The notes: generated from the letters alone by a model not told the origin. DNA of 32,000 bases from Propionibacterium ruminifibrarum (GCF_900289195.1 NZ_OMOH01000004.1:30001-62000); one strand, 5' to 3'. Counted from the stretch's first letter, positions 23,939 to 32,000 are shown. Program-made: numbers and translations.

Positions 23939-24159
23939 CCGATCGGCGGGAACTCGTCGAGCGAGAACACCGATTCGACGGGCACGTCGAAGTAGCGGGC
24001 GATGCGCAGTGCCAGGTGCAGGGAGGGCGCGTACTCCCCGCGCTCCAGGTAGCCCACCGTCTGGTAATGCACGCCGAGCGCCTCGGCGAGTTCGCGGCGA
24101 CTCACCCTGCGGTCGGCGCGCAGCACCGCGATCCGGTTGTGGACGACGTCCTCGGCCAT
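23935..24159 (-). CDS. Small XRE/Cro-type helix-turn-helix transcriptional regulator
   Basis: 74 aa. NRIAVLRADRRVSRRELAEALGVHYQTVGYLERGEYAPSLHLALRIARYFDVPVESVF is the typical roughly 70-aa HTH_3-type regulator. Its start lies 1 nt after the permease stop. Confidence 0.82.
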   Translation of the reverse strand: MAEDVVHNRIAVLRADRRVSRRELAEALGVHYQTVGYLERGEYAPSLHLALRIARYFDVPVESVFSLDEFPPIG

Positions 24160-24160
24160 C

Positions 24161-25000
24161 TCACAGCCCGGCCTGGGAACGGATGGTGGACTGCATGCGA
24201 GCCAGGCTACCGATGCTCTCCTTGCGGAAGGTGCGGCGGATGACGGCGGGCACGGCGGCGTAACCGATGACTATCCAAGCCACCAGCACCCCCACGGCAA
24301 GGGCCGGGGCGAAGGCGCCGCCGAACTCCCACGACGGGTCACCGACCAGCACCCAGCGGGTGAGGTGACCGGACCAGTAGGCGGGCAGGACGAGCTGGAT
24401 GCCCTGGAGCCAGCGGGGGAACACGTCCAGCGGACAGAAGACGCCACTGGTGACCATGACGGCGACCATAGGCAGGAAGCCCAGCATTATGCTGAAGATG
24501 CCGCGGGCGAGACTGCCGGCGAGGAATCCCAATGGCGCTGCGGACACGGCGGCGAGCAGGGCGATGGGCAGGCACAGCAGGATCTGCGGTGCGCTCCAGG
24601 ACCAGGAACCGTGGAACAGCGTTCCCCCGACGAGCACGGCCACCTGGGTGAGAATCGTCTGGCCGACGGACGAGAAGGTCTTGCCGACCGCCCAGATCAG
24701 GGGCCCGTTCGGCAGGATCCGCACGCGGAGCAGGGCCCCGCCGAGACGATCGTTGTAGGTCTCGCCGACGATCACCATGGCGACCAAGAAGCCATAGCCC
24801 CCGATGCTGCCGGCGAGGAACATGGGGCCGAACAGCATCTCATCGCTGTCGGGTCCGTCGAAGATGCGCGCCACGACGATGATGACGACGACCCACACGA
24901 GCTGACCGACCAGCCCCCTACCCCAGAGCACGGGGCGAAGATCACCTGCGGCCTGACGTGCTCCGGCGCGCACGACGGCGGGGATGGCACGAGGGTTCAT
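24161..25000 (-). CDS. ABC-2 type transporter permease
   Basis: 279 aa from the internal ATG at 25000, which overlaps the ATPase stop (ATGA). About six hydrophobic segments are visible. The remainder of ORF 24161..25747 is Arg/Pro/Gly-rich out-of-frame overlap with the ATPase gene. Confidence 0.72.
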   Translation of the reverse strand: MNPRAIPAVVRAGARQAAGDLRPVLWGRGLVGQLVWVVVIIVVARIFDGPDSDEMLFGPMFLAGSIGGYGFLVAMVIVGETYNDRLGGALLRVRILPNGPLIWAVGKTFSSVGQTILTQVAVLVGGTLFHGSWSWSAPQILLCLPIALLAAVSAAPLGFLAGSLARGIFSIMLGFLPMVAVMVTSGVFCPLDVFPRWLQGIQLVLPAYWSGHLTRWVLVGDPSWEFGGAFAPALAVGVLVAWIVIGYAAVPAVIRRTFRKESIGSLARMQSTIRSQAGL

Positions 25001-25869
25001 GACTGCTTCTCCTTGTCGACCAGGGCGAGGTAGGCGTCCTCCAGGGTGGGGCGGGTCACGGTGAGCCCGCTGATCGCCGTGAGGTCGAGCCGCTGGAGGA
25101 AGCGTTCGGGTTCGGCGGTGGCGTGGACATGGCGCTCGCCGTCCTGCACCCAGGTGACCTCGGCGTCGGTGCTCAGCCTCTCGCGCAGCCCGGGGACCGT
25201 GTCGTCGGCGATGATCCGGCCCCCGCTCATGATGAGCACCCGGGAGGCTAGGCGCTCGGCCTCGGCGAGGTCGTGGGTGGTCATGAGGACAGTGGCGCTC
25301 TCGTCGACGCGATCCAGGATGAGGTCGTGCAGGCGGGCCTTCGAGACCGGGTCGAGCCCGGTCGTCGGCTCGTCGAGGACGAGCAGTTCGGGACGCCCCA
25401 GCAGGGCCGCCGCGAAGTCGATCATGCGGCGCTGCCCTCCCGACAACCGCGAGAGGCGGCTGTCCGCCTTGTCCGCGAGCCCGACGGCGTCGAGCACCTG
25501 GGCGACCGTGTCCGCCGGCGCCGCCGACAGCTGGATGGCCCGGATCCATTCCAGCTGGTCCTTGACCCGCCACTTGGGGTGGTCGGTCCAGTTCTGCTGG
25601 ACGAGCCCGATGCGCGCCCAGAAGCCCGAGCCCGCCCGGCGGGGGTCCTGGCCGAACACGCGGACCCGTCCACTGCCCGGGGCCAGTGACCCGATGAGCG
25701 TCTCGACGAAGGTGGTCTTGCCCACCCCGTTGGGCCCGAGAAGGCACACGACCTCGCCGCCGTGCACGTCGACGTCGACGCCGCGCAGGACCGAGGTCTG
25801 CCCGTAGGCGAGGTGCAGTGCGTCGGCGCGGATGACCGGCGGCGCCGTCGGCGACACTGTCGCAGTCAT
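24997..25869 (-). CDS. ABC transporter ATP-binding protein
   Basis: 290 aa from ATG 25869 with an AAGGAGG RBS. Walker A GPNGVGKTT, signature LSGGQRR, Walker B LLVLDEPTTGLD, H-loop TTHD. Confidence 0.9.
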   Translation of the reverse strand: MTATVSPTAPPVIRADALHLAYGQTSVLRGVDVDVHGGEVVCLLGPNGVGKTTFVETLIGSLAPGSGRVRVFGQDPRRAGSGFWARIGLVQQNWTDHPKWRVKDQLEWIRAIQLSAAPADTVAQVLDAVGLADKADSRLSRLSGGQRRMIDFAAALLGRPELLVLDEPTTGLDPVSKARLHDLILDRVDESATVLMTTHDLAEAERLASRVLIMSGGRIIADDTVPGLRERLSTDAEVTWVQDGERHVHATAEPERFLQRLDLTAISGLTVTRPTLEDAYLALVDKEKQS

Positions 25870-25885
25870 CAGGCCTCCTTTCGCG

Positions 25886-25919
25886 GTAGAGGTAGTTCGA
25901 TTGATAGTACTTCTACTAC
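25886..25919. promoter_or_regulatory. AT-rich segment with imperfect inverted GTAG repeats upstream of the ABC operon (candidate promoter/operator)
   Basis: GTAGAGGTAG (25886-25895) faces CTTCTACTAC (25910-25919); 7 of 10 positions are complementary. The central AGTACT is palindromic. The element lies 17-50 nt upstream of the ATPase start. Confidence 0.25.
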
Positions 25920-25957
25920 ATTTCGTCGTGAAACACCACCTCGCATGGCGCGAGACG

Positions 25958-26013
25958 CGGGTTGGCCCTGCGGTTGTCGTGAAATGACGCACGACAACCG
26001 CAGGGCCAACCCG
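25958..26013 (-). terminator. Long perfect hairpin downstream of hemL (putative terminator/insulator)
   Basis: CGGGTTGGCCCTGCGGTTGTCGTG (25958-25981) and CACGACAACCGCAGGGCCAACCCG (25990-26013) form a 24-bp perfect stem with an 8-nt loop. It lies 11 nt after the hemL stop on the minus strand. No adjacent U-tract. Confidence 0.55.
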
Positions 26014-26024
26014 GTGGACGCCCG

Positions 26025-27332
26025 TTACGCGGTGTCTGCCCCGGCTGCGGCGCGCGCCGCGACCGCCATGGCCCGTTCCAGGTGCGCCAGGTCGTCGTCG
26101 GTGACCGCGGTCGAGCAGAACCAGGCCTCGAAGCCGCTCGGGGGCAGCCAGATGCCCTCGTCGAGTGCGGCGTGGAAGAAGCGGGCGAAGGCCTCGTGGT
26201 CCTGCCGGGCGGCCGAGTCGAAATCGACCACCGGCTGGCCGGTGAGGAAGAAGCTGAACAGGCTCGTCACCTTGTTGAGTCGGTGGGCGACGCCCTCGCG
26301 GTCGAGGGCCGCCGACACGATGCCGGACACCTGGTCGGCGATGCGGTAGAGCCGCTGGTAGGCGGCCTCGTCCATGAGTTCCAGGGTGGCCAGGCCGGCC
26401 GCGCACGCCGCCGGGTTCCCCGACAGGGTCCCGGCCTGGTAGATCGGGCCGACCGGCGCCAGCTGGTCCATCAGCTCGGCGCGCCCGCCGACCGCGGCGA
26501 GCGGCATGCCGCCGCCGATCACCTTGCCGAAGGTGAACAGGTCGGGCGTCCAGCCCTCGCGCCGGCCCTGCAGGCCCCAGCCGCCGGTGGGGCTCACCCG
26601 GAAGCCGGCCAGCACCTCGTCCTGGATCAGCAGCGCCCCGTGACGGTGCGCGATCTCGTACAGCCCCTTGTTGAACCCCTCGGGCGGCACGATGACACCC
26701 ATGTTCGCCGGCACCGACTCGGTGACGACGGCGGCGATCTCGTCGCCGCGCTCGGCGAAGACCTGCTCGACCAGGTCGAGCCTGCCGTACGGCACCGTCA
26801 GCGTGTCGGCGGCGATCTCGGCGGGCACGCCGGGCGAGTCGGGCAGGCCCAGGCTCGCCACGCCGGAGCCGGCCGCCACGAGGAACGAGTCGGCGTGGCC
26901 GTGGTAGCAGCCGACGAACTTCACCAGCAGCGGCCTGCCCGTCGCGCCGCGGGCAATGCGGGCGGCCGTCATGACGGCCTCGGTGCCCGAGCAGGTGAAA
27001 CGGATCTTCTCAACGGCCCCGGCCATCCGCTCGACGACCTTCTGCGCCAGACGCAGCTCGATCTCGCTGCTCGCCCCGAAACTCGTCGCGCGGGCCACCT
27101 CGGCCTGCACTGCCTCGACGACCGCCGGGTGCGAGTAGCCGACGATGAGCGGGCCCCAGCTGTTCACGAGGTCGAGGTAATCCCTGCCGTCGACGTCGGT
27201 GATCCGGCTGCCCCGCCCCGACGCCGCGAACACGGGCGTGCCGCCCACGCGGCCGAAGGCCCGCACCGGGCTCGAGACGCCGCCGGGCATCACCTCGCGG
27301 GCTTGCGCGAACAGTTTCTCACTACGGGTCAT
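26025..27332 (-). CDS. hemL: Glutamate-1-semialdehyde 2,1-aminomutase
   Basis: 435 aa. MPGGVSSPVRAF, class-III aminotransferase pattern, FGKVIGGG (PLP Lys), GTLSGNP. GAGGAG RBS upstream. Confidence 0.93.
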   Translation of the reverse strand: MTRSEKLFAQAREVMPGGVSSPVRAFGRVGGTPVFAASGRGSRITDVDGRDYLDLVNSWGPLIVGYSHPAVVEAVQAEVARATSFGASSEIELRLAQKVVERMAGAVEKIRFTCSGTEAVMTAARIARGATGRPLLVKFVGCYHGHADSFLVAAGSGVASLGLPDSPGVPAEIAADTLTVPYGRLDLVEQVFAERGDEIAAVVTESVPANMGVIVPPEGFNKGLYEIAHRHGALLIQDEVLAGFRVSPTGGWGLQGRREGWTPDLFTFGKVIGGGMPLAAVGGRAELMDQLAPVGPIYQAGTLSGNPAACAAGLATLELMDEAAYQRLYRIADQVSGIVSAALDREGVAHRLNKVTSLFSFFLTGQPVVDFDSAARQDHEAFARFFHAALDEGIWLPPSGFEAWFCSTAVTDDDLAHLERAMAVAARAAAGADTA

Positions 27333-27351
27333 CGGGGCTCCTCACGGTCGA

Positions 27352-27382
27352 CCGCCGTGCGCACGGGCCGGGCGCACGGCGG
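27352..27382 (-). other. Intercistronic hairpin between hemB and hemL
   Basis: CCGCCGTGCGC-acgggccgg-GCGCACGGCGG forms an 11-bp perfect stem. It sits in the only non-overlapping junction (81 nt) of the heme operon. Confidence 0.35.
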
Positions 27383-27413
27383 CAGTGTATTCGCTGCGGC
27401 CAGCACGCCGGGC

Positions 27414-28400
27414 TCAGCCGGCCAGCCAGCGGGCCACCTCGGTGGCCCAGTAGTTGATGATCATCGACGCCCCGGCGCGTTTGACGCCGGTGAGGGCCTC
27501 CATGATGCAGCGCTGCCGGTCGAGGGCGCCGGCCCTGGCGGCGAACTCGATCATCGCGTACTCGCCGGAGACCACGTAGGCGGCCACCGGCACGTTCGAG
27601 ACCCGGGTGGCCCGGTTCAGCACGTCGAGGTAGGGCAGGGCGGGCTTGACCATGACGATGTCGGCGCCCTCGGCCAGGTCGAGCTCGATCTCGCGCAGCC
27701 CCTCGACGGCGTTGGCCGGGTCCTGCTGGTAGGCGCGCCGGTCGCCGGTGAGCTGGGAGTCGACGGCCTCGCGGAAGGGCCCGAAGAAGCCGGACGCGTA
27801 CTTGGCCGAGTAGGCCATGAGGATCGTGTCGGTGTGTCCGGCCGCGTCGAGGGCCTCACGGATCACGCCGATCTGGCCGTCCATCATGCCCGAGGGGCCG
27901 AGCATCGTGGCGCCCGCCTCGGCGAGCACCACCGACATCTTCGCGTACAACGGCAGCGTCGCGTCGTTGTCGACCCGCCCGTCGGGGGTCAGGACGCCGC
28001 AGTGCCCGTGGTCGGTGAACTCGTCGAGGCAGACGTCGGCGATGACCGGCATGCCCGGCTCGGCCTCGACGGCCCAGCGCACCGCGTTGGCCAGCACCCC
28101 GTCGGGGTTCCAGGCCTGCGAGCCCTGCGGGTCGCGCACGGCCGGGGTGCCGAACAGCATGACCGCGCCGACCCCGGCGTCGGCCGCCTCGTGCACGGCC
28201 CGCTGCAGCGAGGCCTTCGTGTGCTGGCGCACCCCGGGCATCGAGGCGATCTCGCGCGGGGCGTCCAGCCCCTCGACGACGAACATCGGCTCGATGAGGT
28301 CGGCCGGGTGCAGGCGCGTCTCGGCCACCAAGTCGCGCACGGCCGGGGTGCGGCGCAGGCGGCGCGGGCGCTGGACGATGCGGTAACGGCTCTCGTTCAC
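27414..28400 (-). CDS. hemB: Porphobilinogen synthase (delta-aminolevulinate dehydratase)
   Basis: 328 aa from GTG 28400, which overlaps the hemH stop. [41 protein letters not shown] (Schiff-base Lys), YVVSGEYAM. Confidence 0.93.
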   Translation of the reverse strand: MNESRYRIVQRPRRLRRTPAVRDLVAETRLHPADLIEPMFVVEGLDAPREIASMPGVRQHTKASLQRAVHEAADAGVGAVMLFGTPAVRDPQGSQAWNPDGVLANAVRWAVEAEPGMPVIADVCLDEFTDHGHCGVLTPDGRVDNDATLPLYAKMSVVLAEAGATMLGPSGMMDGQIGVIREALDAAGHTDTILMAYSAKYASGFFGPFREAVDSQLTGDRRAYQQDPANAVEGLREIELDLAEGADIVMVKPALPYLDVLNRATRVSNVPVAAYVVSGEYAMIEFAARAGALDRQRCIMEALTGVKRAGASMIINYWATEVARWLAG

Positions 28401-29431
28401 GGAGTGACTCCCCTGACGGCGGGCACTGCGCCACCCGGGTTGGGGCAGCAGTCCTCACCGCCGCAGTCATCGTCGCCCCTGCGGTCCTCGCCGGCAAGTC
28501 CGCGGGCGACGAGCTCGGCGAGGCCGTCGAGGAAGACCGGCTCGTTGGCGACGGTCGGCACCCGGTAGAAGCCCATGCCGTGGCCCCTGGCGGTCTGGGC
28601 GGCCTCGTTGTCGAGGTCCCAGATGACCTCCATGTGGTCGGACAGGAAACCGATCGACACCGCGATGACCTCCTTGACGCCCTGGGTGGCCAGCTCGTCG
28701 ATGACGTCGTTGACGTCGGGGGTCAGCCAGGTGTCGCCGGGTGCGCCGCCCTGGGAGGTGTAGCACAGCTGCCAGTCGGGCCTCAGGCCCTTGTTGGCGA
28801 GCCCGGCGAGGATCTGGTCGATGACCCGGTGGTGCTGCTTGAGGTAGCCGTCGCCGCCGACGCCGGAGGTCTCGGACAGTCCGGTCGGCAGCGAGTGGGT
28901 GGTGAACAGCAGCTTCGCGTCCGGGTGGGCGCGCACGACGGGCTCGAGCAGGCCGATCTGGGCGTCGACGAAGGCGGGCATGTCGTAGAACGGGTTGATC
29001 TTGGCGATCTCGAGCCTGGGGCGCCCCTCGTCGTCGACGGGGGTCGCCGCGGCGAGCGCCTCGCGGTAGGAGCGGCAGCCCACGTACGAGGGGTAGGCGG
29101 CGGGCACGAGCACCAGGGCGCGTTCGTGGCCGTCGGCGACGATCTGCGCGAGCGTCTGCTCGGGGAACGGGGCCACGTGGGCGTGGGTGAGGTAGACCGG
29201 CACGTCGATGCCCTTGTCGCGTAGGCGGGCGGCCACGTCGTTGGCGAGTTTCTGGTTCTGCCCGTTGAGGGGGCTCACGCCGCCGAAGTGGGCGTAGTGC
29301 TCGCTCACCTTGGCCATCCGCTCGGCAGTGATGCGTCCGCCGGTGATGTGCTTGAGGAAGGGCTCGACCTGGTCCATCGACGTCGGGCCGCCGAAGCCCA
29401 TGACGATCAGGGCGTCGTAGTGGGTGCTCAT
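28397..29431 (-). CDS. hemH: Ferrochelatase (coproporphyrin ferrochelatase type) with a Cys-rich C-terminal tail
   Basis: 344 aa from ATG 29431, which overlaps the hemY stop (ATGA). [18 protein letters not shown] (catalytic His), [13 protein letters not shown]. The tail is [16 protein letters not shown]. The upstream part of ORF 28397..30574 is Arg-rich and antisense-like. Confidence 0.88.
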   Translation of the reverse strand: MSTHYDALIVMGFGGPTSMDQVEPFLKHITGGRITAERMAKVSEHYAHFGGVSPLNGQNQKLANDVAARLRDKGIDVPVYLTHAHVAPFPEQTLAQIVADGHERALVLVPAAYPSYVGCRSYREALAAATPVDDEGRPRLEIAKINPFYDMPAFVDAQIGLLEPVVRAHPDAKLLFTTHSLPTGLSETSGVGGDGYLKQHHRVIDQILAGLANKGLRPDWQLCYTSQGGAPGDTWLTPDVNDVIDELATQGVKEVIAVSIGFLSDHMEVIWDLDNEAAQTARGHGMGFYRVPTVANEPVFLDGLAELVARGLAGEDRRGDDDCGGEDCCPNPGGAVPAVRGVTP

Positions 29432-30930
29432 CTCATGACTCCTTCGTTGGCGGGGATGACCCCGGGGTTGCGTGGATGCGCTTCTCCTGCGGCGGGCGCC
29501 TCGGAGGATCGCCGGGAGGCCGCGGCGTCGAGTACGGCGTCGGCGCGGCGGCGGCCGTCGGCGACGCATTCGGGCAGGCCCACGCCGTGCAGCGCGGAGC
29601 CGGCGACCGCCCAGGTGGGGTGGTGCCGGGCGAGTTCGCCGTCGACGGTGGCGGCACGGTCGAGGTGGCCGACCGTGTACTTGGGCATCACCGCGTGCCA
29701 GCGGTCGATGCGCGTGAGGGTGGGGTCGCCGTGCACGCCGAGCAGCGGGCGCACGTGGTCGAGGACCGCGGCGAGCAGCCGGTCGTCGGGGGCATCGGTG
29801 AGCGGTCCGCGCTTGCTGGGGACGAAGACGCGGACGAGCACCTGCCCGTCGGGGGCGCGCCCGGCGTACTTCACCGAGCTGGTCGTCACACCGCTGATGG
29901 GGCCCGGGTCGGCGACGAGCCAGCCCTGCGAGTCGGGCGGCCGGTCGAAGTCGCCGGCCTTCAGGCCGAGCGAGACGACGGTGGTGGAGGCCAGCGGGAT
30001 CTCGTCGAGGGCCGCGGCGGCGGCCGGGGCGGCCTCGGCGAGCAGCTGGGCGGAGCAGGCGGCGCCGCCGGCCAGGACGACGGCGTCGGCCGCCACGAAC
30101 TCGCCGTCGGCCAGTTCGACGCCCGCCCCGGTGAGGCGGGCGACGGTCGCCCCCGTCCGCAGCTCGGCGCCGCGCGCGGTGAGCCGGTCGGCGAGCACCT
30201 CGATGACGCGGCCGAGGCCGCCGGAGAGGGAGCGGAACGGCGAGCAGGTGGCTCCGGGGGCCGCGTGGCCGGCCGCGGCGCGCGCCCTGCGGCCCTGGGC
30301 GAGTGAGGCGAGCATGAGGGAGCGGTGGTCCTGCTCGTTCTGCCGCAGTGACGGGAGCACCGCGTCGAGGCTCAGTTCGTCGATGGCGGCGCCGTAGATG
30401 CCGCCGACCATGACCTCGGCGTAGCGGTCGACGATGCCGTCGCCCAGGCGGGAGCGCAGGAAGGCGCCGATGGAGACGTCGGTGCCGTCGCGGAGTCGGC
30501 GGGGCATGAACAGGTCGAGGCCGGCGCGGATCTTGTCGGGCCAGCTGAGCACGCCAGTGGTGACGAACGGCCACAGCCTGGTGGGCAGCACCATGCCCAT
30601 GCCGGCCGGCATCGGGCGCAGCGCGCCGCGCGACAGCAGCGCCACGCGGCGGGCGTCGCCGGGGGCGATGACCTCGTCGGCGATGCCGAGCTCATCCAGC
30701 AGCCGGGTCAGGGCCGGCTTGTAGGCGACGTAGCTGTCGGGGCCGGTCTCGATGACGAAGCCGTCGCGGCGGATCGTGCGGACCTTGCCGCCGAGGCGGT
30801 CGGAGGCCTCCAGCACGGTGACCCGGGCGCCGCGGCAGACGCCCTGCCAGGCCGCGGACAGGCCCGTGAGGCCGCCGCCGACGACGACCAGGCGCGGGCC
30901 CGGACAGTCCCCGGGCGTCCCCTGGCTCAT
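29428..30930 (-). CDS. hemY: Protoporphyrinogen/coproporphyrinogen III oxidase, HemY (CgoX) type, FAD-dependent
   Basis: 500 aa from ATG 30930, which overlaps the radical SAM stop (ATGA). Dinucleotide fold RLVVVGGGLTGLSAAW, LEASDRLGGKVRT, and a C-terminal GSALHGVGLPECV. Confidence 0.82.
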   Translation of the reverse strand: MSQGTPGDCPGPRLVVVGGGLTGLSAAWQGVCRGARVTVLEASDRLGGKVRTIRRDGFVIETGPDSYVAYKPALTRLLDELGIADEVIAPGDARRVALLSRGALRPMPAGMGMVLPTRLWPFVTTGVLSWPDKIRAGLDLFMPRRLRDGTDVSIGAFLRSRLGDGIVDRYAEVMVGGIYGAAIDELSLDAVLPSLRQNEQDHRSLMLASLAQGRRARAAAGHAAPGATCSPFRSLSGGLGRVIEVLADRLTARGAELRTGATVARLTGAGVELADGEFVAADAVVLAGGAACSAQLLAEAAPAAAAALDEIPLASTTVVSLGLKAGDFDRPPDSQGWLVADPGPISGVTTSSVKYAGRAPDGQVLVRVFVPSKRGPLTDAPDDRLLAAVLDHVRPLLGVHGDPTLTRIDRWHAVMPKYTVGHLDRAATVDGELARHHPTWAVAGSALHGVGLPECVADGRRRADAVLDAAASRRSSEAPAAGEAHPRNPGVIPANEGVMR

Positions 30931-32000
30931 GCCGTGGCCCCGCTCACCGCGGGCGACTGGCTCGTCCCCGGGTGCTGGGTGTGGACGCCCGCCTTGGCCG
31001 CGGCCGGCTTGTAGGGGCACAGCGGGTCGGACTCGAGGGGGTCGCCGGTCCACGCGTAGGCGCGGGCCCGGGAGCCACCGCACCACCTGTTGAACTCGCA
31101 GATGCCGCAGTCGCCCTTGAAACCGTCGGGGCGGCGCAGGGCCCGCATGAGTTCGGTGTCGCGGTACAGCTCGACGATCGAGCGGTCGCGCACGTTGCCG
31201 ACGCTGGTCGGCAGGAAGCCCGAGGGCATCACCTCGCCGAGGTGGGAGATGAACATGATGCCGTTGCCGTCGCGGATGCCGAAGCCGCGCGAGGCCGGGG
31301 AGTTGATGATCTGCTCCTCGGTCTGGCCGGCCCGCAGCAGCCGCTGCGCGATGATGCGCCGGTACTGCATGGCCTCGGTGGTCTTGATGCGGAAGGGCGC
31401 ATCGGGGCGGCGCTTGTTCCACTCGATGAGGGTGCGTTCGGCGTCGCCGGGGGTCATCTCGCGCAGCTGGGCGCCGCGGCCCACCGAGATGAGGAAGAAC
31501 AGGCTCCACTGGAAGAGCTTGTAGCCCTTGAGCAGCTCGTAGATGTCCTCCAGGTCGGCGACCGTGGTGTCGGTGACGAGCGTGTTGATCTGCATGGGCA
31601 TGCCGACCTCGTTGGCGTCGGCCAGGGCCTGCAGGGTCGCCTCGAAGGTGCCGGGCACCTGCCGCACGCCGTCGTGGTGCTCGGGCGTGGAGCCGTCGAG
31701 GGACAGGGACATGGCCTGCACGCCGAGGGCCGCCATGTCGGCGATCCGCTGCTTGGTGAGCAGCGGGGTGACGGCCGGGGACAGCGAGACGCCGATGCCC
31801 CGGTTGCGCGCCTCGGCGATGAGTTCGTCCAGGTCGAAGCGGCGCATCGGGTCGCCGCCGGTCATGATGACGTGCGGCATGGGGCTGCCGAAGTCGGCCA
31901 CCTGGTCGAGGATGTGCAGCGCCTCGTCGTGGGTGAGTTCGCCGGGGGGCGGCTCGAGCTGGGCGCTCGCCCGGCAGTGCCGGCAGGCCAGCCCGCACGC
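30927..32000 (-). CDS. Radical SAM protein with SPASM/twitch-like C-terminal Cys cluster (5' end beyond window)
   Basis: The reading frame stays open to base 32000. CGLACRHC (CxxxCxxC; Cys codons at 31995-31997, 31983-31985, 31974-31976) sits at the window edge. IMTGGDP follows, and the C-terminal cluster is CGICEFNRWCGG...DPLCPY. The ORF-track GTG at 31901 cannot be the start because the cluster motif lies upstream of it. Confidence 0.78.
   Translation of the reverse strand, partial: ACGLACRHCRASAQLEPPPGELTHDEALHILDQVADFGSPMPHVIMTGGDPMRRFDLDELIAEARNRGIGVSLSPAVTPLLTKQRIADMAALGVQAMSLSLDGSTPEHHDGVRQVPGTFEATLQALADANEVGMPMQINTLVTDTTVADLEDIYELLKGYKLFQWSLFFLISVGRGAQLREMTPGDAERTLIEWNKRRPDAPFRIKTTEAMQYRRIIAQRLLRAGQTEEQIINSPASRGFGIRDGNGIMFISHLGEVMPSGFLPTSVGNVRDRSIVELYRDTELMRALRRPDGFKGDCGICEFNRWCGGSRARAYAWTGDPLESDPLCPYKPAAAKAGVHTQHPGTSQSPAVSGATA

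Noticed and set aside
27996-28037. Hybrid metal-site motif [14 protein letters not shown] in HemB (Cys-Asp-Cys rather than the Cys-Cys-Cys of E. coli)
   Set aside because: From memory, this Cys/Asp variant is the normal actinobacterial form of porphobilinogen synthase and is not a novelty of this locus.
26082-28568. 828-aa plus-strand ORF opposite hemL/hemB
   Set aside because: It lies antisense to two genes with textbook motifs and has no recognisable domains.
29432-30574. N-terminal 381-aa Arg/Pro-rich extension of the ferrochelatase ORF. Analogous extensions occur on hemY (30931..31998), the ABC permease (25001..25747), the ABC ATPase (25870..26406), srlE (3970..4383), ptsI (1819..1995) and yjbQ (848..967).
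   Set aside because: The extensions overlap the upstream gene in another frame and are poly-Arg/Pro in composition. Each true start is an internal ATG or GTG with an RBS or an ATGA/GTGA coupling overlap, and it gives a family-typical N-terminus.
1-32000. Search for tRNA/rRNA genes, CRISPR arrays, IS elements, integrases, toxin-antitoxin or known defence-system genes
   Set aside because: No intergenic region shows tRNA-like conserved arms (no GTTCGAATC-type T-loop context) or arrays of three or more regular repeats. No ORF has transposase, integrase, nuclease or defence-type motifs. The window appears to be core chromosome.

Overview
This is a high-GC actinobacterial chromosomal segment, most likely from Propionibacteriaceae (Propionibacterium or Acidipropionibacterium-like). 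The assignment rests on the 5S / 12S / small ORF / 1.3S methylmalonyl-CoA:pyruvate transcarboxylase operon, whose products closely resemble the classical P. freudenreichii subunits as I remember them. I can support 32 protein-coding genes (one cut by the right window edge), several GC-rich hairpins between genes, and a few candidate operator or promoter sites. I see no rRNA, tRNA, CRISPR array, transposase, integrase or phage genes.

Gene order, left to right:
- class II ketose-bisphosphate aldolase plus a YjbQ-family gene
- a self-contained glucitol-family PTS operon (ptsH-ptsI-srlA-srlE-srlB-gutM plus a homoserine-dehydrogenase-like oxidoreductase), followed by a SorC regulator
- gpmA
- TetR plus SDR
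- a second TetR, divergent from a GH13 hydrolase
- the transcarboxylase operon
- an acidic, C-terminally anchored protein with a degenerate PEP-utiliser N-domain, then a TagF-like gene
- rarA
- a ROK regulator divergent from a HAD phosphatase
- ABC ATPase, ABC-2 permease and a small XRE regulator
- a heme operon (radical SAM/SPASM - hemY - hemH - hemB - hemL)

The window reads as core metabolism rather than an accessory island, and I find no convincing defence or mobile system. The leads worth following are:
- (a) an OadG-like soluble fourth cistron inside the transcarboxylase operon
- (b) the pseudo-enzyme, acidic, membrane-anchored protein
- (c) a radical SAM/SPASM gene translationally coupled to the coproporphyrin-branch heme genes
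- (d) a gut-type PTS that carries its own HPr and EI and has a non-SrlD dehydrogenase

All family calls come from reading the supplied translations by eye. No database search was run.
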